This document shows positions 36,921 through 45,448 of a stretch of 45,942 nucleotides of DNA, one piece after another. The stretch's first letter is position 1, and each line of letters opens with the position of its first letter. Source of the DNA: an uncultured Ruminococcus sp. (GTDB lineage: Bacteria > Bacillota > Clostridia > Oscillospirales > CAG-272); the NCBI GenBank assembly GCA_902783755.1, contig CACZSC010000149.1, forward strand, positions 1 through 45,942, read 5' to 3'. The translations under genes and the position numbers were made by a program. Below the pieces are notes generated by a model that worked only from the letters and a program-made list of their open reading frames with translations, made no database searches and was not told the DNA's origin.

Positions 36921-39470
36921 CTATGCTGTGACTATCCCTGCCGCTTCCCTGAATTCGGGAAGCTTTTTCGCGTCGTCTCTCATCTTGTACTTGAGGATCT
37001 TGCCTGCTGCGTTCATCGGGAAACTGTCTACGAACACGACGTATTTCGGGGTTTTATGCTTGGCCATGTGTTCCCTAACATAATCCTTGATCTCGTCGGC
37101 CGTGCAGTCCTCGCCCGGTTTTTTAATGACGCAGGCCATTATCTCCTCTCCGTATGCCTTGTCCGGCACTCCTATAACCTGGACGTCCTGCACTTTCGGA
37201 TAAGTATAGATGAAGTCCTCTATCTCCTTCGGATATATGTTTTCTCCGCCCCGGATTATCATGTCCTTGATCCTCCCGGTAATCTTGTAGTTGCCGTCGG
37301 GAAGCCTTCTCGCAAGGTCTCCGGTATGGAGCCAGCCCTCCTTGTCTATAGCAACGGAAGTCGCCTCGGGCATCTTGTAGTATCCCTTCATTATGTTGTA
37401 TCCGCGAGCCACAAACTCGCCGTCCACGTTGTCCGGACAGTCCTCTCCAGTCTCGGGGTTGACTATCTTGCATTCCACTCCGAAGATGGCGGAACCGACG
37501 GTATTCACGCGGGTCTCTATGGAATCCGTGGTCTTTGACATCGTCGTGGCCGGAGACGCCTCGGTCTGGCCGTAGGTGATGCATATTTCCGACATATGCA
37601 TCTTTTCTATCACCTCTTCCATCACTTTGATGGGACATGGAGAACCGGCCATGATGCCCGTACGCATATGTGAAAAGTCAGTATCCTTGAATTTCTCATG
37701 GCCCAGCATGGCTATAAACATGGTAGGCACTCCGTGGAAGGCGGTGATCTTCTCCCTGTCGATGCACTCCAGCCCCAGTCTGGGCGAGAACGCCGGGATG
37801 GGCGACATGGTAACGCCGTGCGTCATCGATGCGGTCATCGCCAGCACCATGCCGAAGCAGTGGAACATCGGGACCTGGATCATCATTCTGTCCGCTGTAG
37901 ACAGATCCATGCAGTCACCTATGGCCTTGCCGTTGTTCACGACATTGTAGTGAGAGAGCATGACTCCCTTCGGGAATCCCGTCGTGCCGCTGGTATATTG
38001 CATGTTGCACACGTCATGCTTGTTGATCATCGCCGCTCTTCTGTACACCGCATCCATCGGAGTCCTCTGGGCCGCTTCTATCGCGTCCGCCCAGGTCAGA
38101 CATCCCTTGTGCTTGGATTCCACGGTTATGATGTTCCTCAAAAACGGAAGTCTTCTGCAGTGCAGCGGCTTCACCACTCCGTTTTCATCCTCGTTGTCCT
38201 TCAGCTCGGGAACTATCTCGTTCATGATCTTGACGTAATCTGAATCCTTGTATCCGTCCGTCATCACGAGGGTGTGGGTATCCGACTGTCTGAGCAGATA
38301 GTCCGCTTCGTGGACCTTGTATGCCGTGTTAACGGTCACCAGCACAGCGCCGATCCTTACTGTCGCCCAGAAAGTGATGAACCACTGGGGAACGTTGGTA
38401 GCCCAGATTGCGACATGGTCGCCCTGCTTCACGCCCAGTGAGATCAGCGAGCGTGCGAACAGATCCACGTCATCCCGGAATTCGCTCCATGTCCGCGTAT
38501 AGTCGCATGTCGTATACCGGAAGGCGTACCTTTCGGGGAACTCCTCCACCATGCGGTCCAGTACCTGCGGCATCGTCAGGTCTATGAGCTGTTCCTTCGG
38601 CCAGACGTAGTATCCCGCCCCTCTGTTGTCCGGGATCAGTCTGGCATTGCTCTCTGACACACCCAGATACAGGGACATGAAATGCGCGTAGTGTGGGAAC
38701 ACCACGCCCGGGTCTGAAAGATCAGGCGCGTACTGCTTCATCCACTCCAGCGATACGTATCCCTCGTAATTAAGAGACAGGAGCGCCTTCATATAGTCCG
38801 CCATCGGCGGCAGGTCTCCTTCTCCGACCAGCTTGTATATGAGCTTCCCGTCCTCCACTACGGAGTCCTTTATATGTATGTGCTTGATGTATGCTCCGAG
38901 ATTGTTTATGGTCGTCTGGGGCATCTCCCCGTTGAAGCGGAAAGGATGGTTGAAATCCCACAGGGCGGCCACATTGTCGCTCCCGACTCTTGCCAGGACG
39001 TCGGCAAGGCGGGCCGTATCGGAATAAACGCCGTTCGTCTCGAGAAGCAGGATCACTCCCGCCTGCTCGGCTATGGGAGCCAGTTCCTTCATCTGCTCCA
39101 CGACGAAATCGTCGTCGACCTGCATCTCAGGCTCAGCCGACGGTTCCCCGAGCACCCTGACGTAGGGCACGCCGAAAAAGCTGGCAAGCTCTATGTACCT
39201 GCAGATCTCCTTTCTGTTCTCTTCCCTCTTCTCCCTGTAACCCAGTGAGCACCCGGTGGAGAAGCAGCTGATCTCCAGCTTCTGCCTTTTCAGCTGATCC
39301 CTGGTCGCTTCGATGTTCTCGGGTTTGAAAGGCGAATTGTGCAGTTTGAAAATATCCTCTCCCGAGAGCCCCCTGATCTCGACCCCCTGGAATCCGAAGT
39401 CCTTGGCCATGGAGCATATGTCTATCCATGAAAAATCAGGACATCCCAATGTGGAAAATGAAATCTTCAT
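36921..39470 (-). CDS. Fusion protein: N-terminal xylose-isomerase-like TIM barrel (sugar-phosphate isomerase/epimerase fold) + C-terminal AMP-binding acyl-CoA synthetase
   Basis: This 849-aa ORF starts MKISFSTLGCPDFSW..GFQGVEIRG..VRVLG..LLLETNG..HIHIKD..YVSLEW (AP_endonuc_2/TIM-barrel pattern, ~aa 1-275). The adenylate-forming domain follows, with YTSGTTGFPKGVMLSH, YGQTE, GWLHTGDLA, GRIKDMIIRGGENIYP and GKILK. The RBS GGAGGG lies upstream. Confidence 0.8.
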   Translation of the reverse strand: MKISFSTLGCPDFSWIDICSMAKDFGFQGVEIRGLSGEDIFKLHNSPFKPENIEATRDQLKRQKLEISCFSTGCSLGYREKREENRKEICRYIELASFFGVPYVRVLGEPSAEPEMQVDDDFVVEQMKELAPIAEQAGVILLLETNGVYSDTARLADVLARVGSDNVAALWDFNHPFRFNGEMPQTTINNLGAYIKHIHIKDSVVEDGKLIYKLVGEGDLPPMADYMKALLSLNYEGYVSLEWMKQYAPDLSDPGVVFPHYAHFMSLYLGVSESNARLIPDNRGAGYYVWPKEQLIDLTMPQVLDRMVEEFPERYAFRYTTCDYTRTWSEFRDDVDLFARSLISLGVKQGDHVAIWATNVPQWFITFWATVRIGAVLVTVNTAYKVHEADYLLRQSDTHTLVMTDGYKDSDYVKIMNEIVPELKDNEDENGVVKPLHCRRLPFLRNIITVESKHKGCLTWADAIEAAQRTPMDAVYRRAAMINKHDVCNMQYTSGTTGFPKGVMLSHYNVVNNGKAIGDCMDLSTADRMMIQVPMFHCFGMVLAMTASMTHGVTMSPIPAFSPRLGLECIDREKITAFHGVPTMFIAMLGHEKFKDTDFSHMRTGIMAGSPCPIKVMEEVIEKMHMSEICITYGQTEASPATTMSKTTDSIETRVNTVGSAIFGVECKIVNPETGEDCPDNVDGEFVARGYNIMKGYYKMPEATSVAIDKEGWLHTGDLARRLPDGNYKITGRIKDMIIRGGENIYPKEIEDFIYTYPKVQDVQVIGVPDKAYGEEIMACVIKKPGEDCTADEIKDYVREHMAKHKTPKYVVFVDSFPMNAAGKILKYKMRDDAKKLPEFREAAGIVTA

Positions 39471-39482
39471 AAATCCCTCCGG

Positions 39483-39755
39483 AAAAACAAAAACACCGCT
39501 CGTCCCCTGTCCAAAGAGACGCGGTGCAAACCTCGTGGTACCACTCTTTTTCGATACTGATGTATCCTTTTCTCAGGCACGTTCCATGCCCTTCCGATAT
39601 AACGGTCGGTCCCGTCTGCATCTACTTTGCCTCCGGCATTTCGGACAGCCGCTGTGGAGTGAGTTATATACCGTTCGGATATTGCCTTTCACCTGCCGGC
39701 AACTCTCTGTGCATCTTCTCGGCTTTTATCTCCGTCATCGCGTTTTCCGCTATGC
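39483..39755 (-). promoter_or_regulatory. T-box riboswitch leader (minus strand) with terminator; candidate specifier CUC (Leu)
   Basis: On the minus strand the T-box motif is AGAGUGGUACCACGAGG (plus 39531-39546). The terminator pairs CACCGCGUC with GACGAGCGGUG (plus 39494-39526) and is followed by UUUUUGUUUUU. Stem I has GAUGA, AGAGA and a distal stem UUGCC/GGCAA with loop GGCAGGUGAAA. The 3' side of the specifier loop reads UAA-CUC-A-CUCC (CUC = plus 39661-39663). Confidence 0.75.
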
Positions 39756-39759
39756 GGAG

Positions 39760-39788
39760 ATTCTATCATGAATGTTTTGCCGTGTCAA
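39760..39788 (-). promoter_or_regulatory. Sigma-A promoter driving the minus-strand T-box leader
   Basis: On the minus strand: TTGACA (39788-39783), a 17-nt spacer, then TAGAAT (39765-39760) preceded by TG. Confidence 0.65.
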
Positions 39789-39884
39789 GTCAAACCGCAA
39801 AATTTCAGTTTTTCAGTTTTTCCGGTTTTATCCCCTGCTTCCGGGAACAGTTCACCAGATAAACATTTTTCGATATACAAAAGA

Positions 39885-39913
39885 TTGACACAAAAATTTT
39901 CAGATGATATAAT
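39885..39913 (+). promoter_or_regulatory. Consensus sigma-A promoter of the TerB/ATPase/helicase cassette
   Basis: TTGACA (39885-39890), a 17-nt spacer, then TATAAT (39908-39913) with TG at 39905-39906. Confidence 0.65.
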
Positions 39914-39951
39914 TATCTTTCAAGGTATTTTACGAAAAGGAGGCAATTGCC

Positions 39952-41826
39952 GTGGGAAACAGCGACGGATCCGCCCGCTCTCTTTCAGATATACTGACAG
40001 AACTTGAGAGCAGACTCAGTACGTGTACGCCCGAGGAAAAGCAGAAAGTTCTCGCGTCGATCACAAAAATCGCCGTGTCCCTAAATTCTGCCCGGACACA
40101 GCCCGTCCCCGAAGTCAGACCCGATATCCGGGATGACGGTTTCTGGCAGTTTGACCCGCCAAGGGAAAAGAAATACCGCAGACCGGATTTTGACACCCCG
40201 CCGGGTTCATATGACGTGAGCATCTCCGGATCACATGACCCTTCCCGCGCGCAGCAGCCCGAGCCAATACCCGCAAAAGGGACGCTCCCCGACGGAAACG
40301 TCCGGAAGCCGCTGTCAGATCACCAGACGATACCGTCCGATGCAGCGGATTCCGTCGTCAGAAAATACGGGTTTTCGCACGAAGGCCTGCTTTCCTACGT
40401 CACTGTAAGATCGAGAACGACAGACAATCTCTACAGTCACTTCTCCCGTGACGTAGCCCTGAGCCACCGTTCCGCTCCCGAATCTGAATTCCGCAGTCTC
40501 GCGCCAGTACCGTTCCAGTCATACGTGCCTCAGTTCTCGCACATGAGCAGCCAGCAGATCGAGTATTACAGAGCGTGGCGGGAAGAAGTCAGGAACGGAT
40601 CCTACCCCTCCTGCGACCTTTCATACATCATACTTTACATATACGAGATCATAAACCTGCCGGACATAATCCCTCCTCAGAAAGGCGTGAAGATCCTTTC
40701 TTCGCTGTGGATCGCCTACCGCGGAGCATACCCGAGGATCGACGGTTTTCTGGGAGAGTGGATGGCGGATTACTGCCTGATCCACGAAACCCCGCTGCCG
40801 AAGGCTCTTCTGCCGTATATCCCGCGGATCGTCCCCAAATCACAGTTCAAGGAATTCTACCTCCACCCCCTTCTCATCCTGGCCAGAAGCGAAGAAAAGA
40901 ACAATGTGTCCCTTTTCGGAAGGGCGGTCATGGAGACCCTTTCAGACTATGATTACACACAATCGAAATGCTACCTGCCCAACAGGGATTTTTACGATGC
41001 GGAATTGCCCTATCTTCTGGGCAAATTCATAACAAGAGCCGTCTCGGGCTCCATCCCTCCGCTCAGCCTTGACAGGGTTTATTCCCTGACGAGAGAAAGC
41101 TACAGCGGAGCCATAGTCTCCCCCGGCATAAAAATGCGGATCGATCTGAGTTTTCTTTCATTTTCCAGAAAAGCTGAATCACGCCAGGTGATCACTGCGG
41201 CTGTCAAGGAATGCGAAAACCGCATCAGATGTGTTCTCGGAATCAAATCCAAGCTGAAGACCGACCCGCTGCCTGCAGAGATCCAGTACAGTCTGACTGC
41301 GGCGCTGAATTCCGTTTATCCGCTGACTGCCCGCACCCAGAACCAGGAGCCCGACTACATGGAATACTATGAGCCTGAATCAACGGGATACGACTATGAT
41401 TCCGCCGCCGAGCTCGAGTATTCGTCCTGGACGAACACCGAACGCCTCACCGGCGAGGACCTGATCTCCCCGTCGCCGGAGGAATCTGCGGATGAAGATC
41501 TCCCTGTCGGGGCCATTGTATCGGCAGAGCCTGCCGCGGACACGGAGAGCAGCATGAGCGCCTCCGATTCCCCTGACGGCCGTATCACGGAGACCCGGGA
41601 TCAGGACATGACTGTAAAAGGCGCGGTACGCGCTGCGCTTGACGGCAGTTTCGCCCTGTTCTGCCGTGAAAACAGGCTGAACGAAGGAAATACGGCTGAC
41701 CTGGTAAACAGCCTGTTTCTTGACATACTCGGAGACGTGATCATAGAACCGGACGCCTCCGGAACATCATACAATCTTGTCGAAGATTACAGAAAGGATA
41801 TTGAAGAGTGGCTACTAACGTTCTGA
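39952..41826 (+). CDS. sngA: TerB-N / TerB-C domain protein (Shango SngA-like)
   Basis: This 624-aa ORF has a GTG start 8 nt after the RBS AAGGAGG. The central block QFSHMSSQQIEYYRAWREEVRNGSYPSCDLSYIILYIYEIINL matches the TerB-N signature as I remember it. The acidic linker is low-complexity. The C-terminal block ADLVNSLFLDILGDVIIEPD..YNLVEDYRKDIEEWL resembles TerB-C. Confidence 0.7.
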   Translation: MGNSDGSARSLSDILTELESRLSTCTPEEKQKVLASITKIAVSLNSARTQPVPEVRPDIRDDGFWQFDPPREKKYRRPDFDTPPGSYDVSISGSHDPSRAQQPEPIPAKGTLPDGNVRKPLSDHQTIPSDAADSVVRKYGFSHEGLLSYVTVRSRTTDNLYSHFSRDVALSHRSAPESEFRSLAPVPFQSYVPQFSHMSSQQIEYYRAWREEVRNGSYPSCDLSYIILYIYEIINLPDIIPPQKGVKILSSLWIAYRGAYPRIDGFLGEWMADYCLIHETPLPKALLPYIPRIVPKSQFKEFYLHPLLILARSEEKNNVSLFGRAVMETLSDYDYTQSKCYLPNRDFYDAELPYLLGKFITRAVSGSIPPLSLDRVYSLTRESYSGAIVSPGIKMRIDLSFLSFSRKAESRQVITAAVKECENRIRCVLGIKSKLKTDPLPAEIQYSLTAALNSVYPLTARTQNQEPDYMEYYEPESTGYDYDSAAELEYSSWTNTERLTGEDLISPSPEESADEDLPVGAIVSAEPAADTESSMSASDSPDGRITETRDQDMTVKGAVRAALDGSFALFCRENRLNEGNTADLVNSLFLDILGDVIIEPDASGTSYNLVEDYRKDIEEWLLTF

Positions 41827-43199
41827 ACCGGATACCCAAAAGGATCATGGGAACTCTGCTCTCATCCCTTTCCGGCGGAGTCGTCCCCAGGATGGGGGCT
41901 CCGTACATAGCTATCGGAAGAAAAGAAGAAATACAGGCGCTGGCCGACACTTTGGACCGGGTTGCCGAAGGAGAAGGAAGCACAAAATTCATCATCGGCA
42001 GGTACGGTTCCGGCAAAAGTTTCCTGATCCAGCTGGCCAGAGGATACGCGCTCGACAGAGGTTTCGTCACCGCGGACTGCGACCTTTCCCCCGAAAGGAA
42101 GCTGGCAGGCAGCGGGTTGTCCGGCCTGGCCACTTTCCGTGAGCTTATGAAAAATCTTGCGTGCAAGACTTCCCCCGACGGAGGAGCCCTGCCGGTCATC
42201 ATAGGCAAATGGTTCACTGGCATCGCCTCGGAACTGGAGGACGCAGGGTTTGACAGAAACCGTCAGGAATACTCCGACGAGTTCGCCAGAAGGATCTCGT
42301 CAAGCCTCCGGACGCTCGAATCGGATATAGGCGGTTTTGACTTTGCCGCGGTGATGAAGCAGTATTATACCGCATGGACCGAGGGCGATGACTCCAGACA
42401 GTCCGCGTGCCTGAAATGGCTGCGGGGAGAATATTCCACCCGTACCGAAGCCCGCCAGGGGCTTGACATCCGGTCCATCACGATCATCACAGACGACAAC
42501 TGGTATGATTATCTGAAGCTCTTCACTTCGTTCTTCAGACTGGTCGGATACAGCGGCTTCTGTCTCTACATAGACGAGTGCGTCAACCTGTACAAGATAC
42601 CGAACCGGATCTCCAGGGAGAACAACTACGAAAAGATCCTCTCAATGTTCAACGACACCATGCAGGGCAGAGCCCCGGGGCTGATGATCGTTTTCGGAGG
42701 CACCCCTCAGTTTCTCGAGGACACAAGGCGGGGACTGTACAGCTACGAGGCTCTCAGGAGCAGGCTGGCCGACGGAAGGTTCGGCGGCAGTGAATACCGT
42801 TCCCTCATGCAGCCGGTCATAAGGCTGAAACGCCTGTCCGACGCGGAGATGCTGGCGCTGATCATCAGGCTCACCTCCATCCACGGGGAATACCACGGCT
42901 GGACACCGAGGATCACGGAAGACGACATGAGCGACTTTCTGGCCACGTCTCTGAAGCGTGAGGGCGCAGAGACCATGATAACCCCCCGTGAAATAATACG
43001 CGACTACGTGACTCTTCTGGATCTGCTTTTCACCAATCCGAAGGCCACATATGCAGAGATCAAGAAAACGGCAGTCTCCGGGCCGCCGATCATTTCTTCC
43101 GAAAACGAAAATGACATTCCTGCAGGTCCGGTACCGCCGATACAGGCCACGGGCTCCCCGCAGTCCAGGCAGGTCACGCTGGACGATATAAAGTTCTGA
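41808..43199 (+). CDS. sngB: DUF2791-type (BREX BrxC/BrxD-related) P-loop ATPase (Shango SngB-like)
   Basis: This 463-aa ORF carries IAIGRKEE, Walker A FIIGRYGSGKSF (GGC at 41997) and Walker B-like GFCLYIDECVNL. The GTG start at 41808 overlaps sngA by 19 nt. The ATG at 41847 is an alternative, and neither has a strong RBS. Confidence 0.7.
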   Translation: MATNVLNRIPKRIMGTLLSSLSGGVVPRMGAPYIAIGRKEEIQALADTLDRVAEGEGSTKFIIGRYGSGKSFLIQLARGYALDRGFVTADCDLSPERKLAGSGLSGLATFRELMKNLACKTSPDGGALPVIIGKWFTGIASELEDAGFDRNRQEYSDEFARRISSSLRTLESDIGGFDFAAVMKQYYTAWTEGDDSRQSACLKWLRGEYSTRTEARQGLDIRSITIITDDNWYDYLKLFTSFFRLVGYSGFCLYIDECVNLYKIPNRISRENNYEKILSMFNDTMQGRAPGLMIVFGGTPQFLEDTRRGLYSYEALRSRLADGRFGGSEYRSLMQPVIRLKRLSDAEMLALIIRLTSIHGEYHGWTPRITEDDMSDFLATSLKREGAETMITPREIIRDYVTLLDLLFTNPKATYAEIKKTAVSGPPIISSENENDIPAGPVPPIQATGSPQSRQVTLDDIKF

Positions 43200-43219
43200 A
43201 TTAATCGAAAGGAACCGAC

Positions 43220-45448
43220 ATGTCTGTTTTTGAACTGTATTCACCATTCATCAGGGAATACATATATTCCCACGGCTGGGAAGCTCTCGGTCCCGTGCAG
43301 GTTGCCGCCGCACAGGAGATATTCTGCGGAAACAACAACCTTCTCCTTCACTCCCGGACCGCGTCCGGAAAGACCGAAGCTGCGTTTTTCCCCATCCTTT
43401 CCGAATTCTATGAAGACATGCCCACTACCTTCGGCGCCCTGTACATAGCGCCTCTCAAGTCCCTCATCAACGACCAATTCCTGAGGATAACCCAGGTCTG
43501 CGAAGACGCCGGAATCCCGGTGTTCCATTGGCACGGGGATGTTGCCCAGTCTCACAAGACGAAGGCTCTCGAGCATCCTTCGGGGATCCTGCAGATAACT
43601 CCGGAATCCCTCGAATCCATGCTCATGAACCGCTCTTCCGACCTGATACGGCTGTTCGGGGATCTGAGATATATAGTCATAGATGAGATCCACACCCTCA
43701 CCGGTACCGACCGGGGCAACCAGATCCTCTGCCTGCTTTCAAGGCTTCAGAGAAAGACCGGTGTATATCCCAGAAGGATCGGACTGTCCGCCACAGTGGG
43801 GGATGTCAAAAAAGCCGCAGGGTGGCTAGAGGCCGGGAGCGGCAGGGCCACGACCGTACCAGAAGTTCCGAAGACGGAGCTGCACTGGCGTCTCGGCATG
43901 GAACATTTCTACATAATGAGCAAGGATGTGGCTGCTCTTCCCTCCACGGAGATCGGGCAGTCGGATACCATGCACATGGATCTCGGCTATGAATATATCT
44001 ACGATTCCGCCGTGGGCAAGAAAGCCATCGTGTTCTCAAATTCGAGGGAAGAGACCGAATACGTCTGCGCCACGCTCCGTGAGATCGCAAGATACAGGGG
44101 AGAGCCGGATATATTCCTTATCCACCATGGGTTCCTTTCAGCGAGCATCAGGGAAGAAGCTGAGATGAAAATGAAAGACGACTCCATTCCCGCAGTCACC
44201 TGCGCTACGGTCACCATGGAACTCGGCATAGATATCGGAAGGCTTGAACGGATAATCCAGCAGGGCTCTCCGAATTCTGTGTCCTCATTCCTGCAGAGAC
44301 TCGGCAGAAGCGGAAGAAGAGGGGATCCGCCGGAAATGCTGATGGTGTTCAGGGAAGAAAATCCCCTGCCCAACGCACCTCTCCCGGAACTGATCCCCTG
44401 GGAGCTGCTCAAGGCTATTGCCATAGTGCAACTCTATATCGAAGAGCGCTTTATCGAACCTCCGGTGACAAAGAAGTGCCCCTTCTCACTCATGTTCCAT
44501 CAGACTCTTTCGATCATTGCTTCAAGCGGCGCTCTGTCCCCTGCCGCTCTTGCAGATATAGTCCTGAACCTTCCTCCGTTCGCCCTTGTGGACCGGGAGG
44601 ACTACAAGCTCCTTCTCGTGACGATGATAAATCACGACTGGCTGGAGCTCACAGAGAACGGTGAGCTCATAATAGGGCTGAGGGGCGAAAAACTCATAAA
44701 CTCGTTCAAATTCTATGCAGTTTTCAAGGATACGGAAGACTTTACCGTAAGATGTGAATCCGGCGAGATCGGCGTTATAACCACGCCCCCGCCTGTGGGA
44801 GACAGATTTGCTCTGGCCGGCCGGGTATGGCAGGTAGAGGAGCTCGATATCCCCCGCCACCTCATATACGTCAAACCGGTCGACGGAAAGATGGAAGTGA
44901 GCTGGCCGGGCGATTACGGCGAGGTCCACACCAGGATACTCGAACGCATGAAGCAGGTGCTCTGCGAAGACACTGAATATCCCTATCTCCACAAGCAGGC
45001 TCTCGAAAGGCTGCGCACGGCCCGCGCCGTTGCCCGCAACACCGGCATCTGCGACAAGCCCATCCTCCACCTCGGCGGATATACCTGGGCTCTCTTCCCC
45101 TGGCTCGGGACCCGCAGCTTCCGGACGCTCAGGAGATACGTCTCCAGATATGCAGGCAAATACAAACTGTCCGGAATGGAATATGAAGGCTGCTACTACA
45201 TGACCTTCAAGCTGGAGGGCGGGAGCGGCGTGAACATGCTCAGAGAGCTGTCGGACGGCATAATACGGAACGGAATAGACCTTTCCGCGCTGATCGGCCC
45301 TGCAGAAACGCCAGTATTTGAGAAATTCGACGAATTCCTTCCATCGGAACTTCTGAGGAAGGCATACATGGAAGACAAGCTGAGATCAGACGAGCTCGAC
45401 ATAAGAGCTCACGATTTTCTAAGAGAATTGGGTGAAAAAAATGCCTGA
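43220..45448 (+). CDS. sngC: Lhr-like DEAD/DEAH-box (SF2) helicase with a long C-terminal extension (Shango SngC-like)
   Basis: This 742-aa ORF has motif [13 protein letters not shown], Ia [25 protein letters not shown] and [11 protein letters not shown], followed by ~350 aa of C-terminal region. Confidence 0.8.
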   Translation: MSVFELYSPFIREYIYSHGWEALGPVQVAAAQEIFCGNNNLLLHSRTASGKTEAAFFPILSEFYEDMPTTFGALYIAPLKSLINDQFLRITQVCEDAGIPVFHWHGDVAQSHKTKALEHPSGILQITPESLESMLMNRSSDLIRLFGDLRYIVIDEIHTLTGTDRGNQILCLLSRLQRKTGVYPRRIGLSATVGDVKKAAGWLEAGSGRATTVPEVPKTELHWRLGMEHFYIMSKDVAALPSTEIGQSDTMHMDLGYEYIYDSAVGKKAIVFSNSREETEYVCATLREIARYRGEPDIFLIHHGFLSASIREEAEMKMKDDSIPAVTCATVTMELGIDIGRLERIIQQGSPNSVSSFLQRLGRSGRRGDPPEMLMVFREENPLPNAPLPELIPWELLKAIAIVQLYIEERFIEPPVTKKCPFSLMFHQTLSIIASSGALSPAALADIVLNLPPFALVDREDYKLLLVTMINHDWLELTENGELIIGLRGEKLINSFKFYAVFKDTEDFTVRCESGEIGVITTPPPVGDRFALAGRVWQVEELDIPRHLIYVKPVDGKMEVSWPGDYGEVHTRILERMKQVLCEDTEYPYLHKQALERLRTARAVARNTGICDKPILHLGGYTWALFPWLGTRSFRTLRRYVSRYAGKYKLSGMEYEGCYYMTFKLEGGSGVNMLRELSDGIIRNGIDLSALIGPAETPVFEKFDEFLPSELLRKAYMEDKLRSDELDIRAHDFLRELGEKNA

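Noticed and set aside
39524-40007. Small ORFs (112 aa, 152 aa and 79 aa) in the divergent region between the ligase fusion and the TerB gene.
   Set aside because: The region is explained by the minus-strand T-box leader and two divergent consensus promoters. The ORFs have no RBS and their composition is junk-like.
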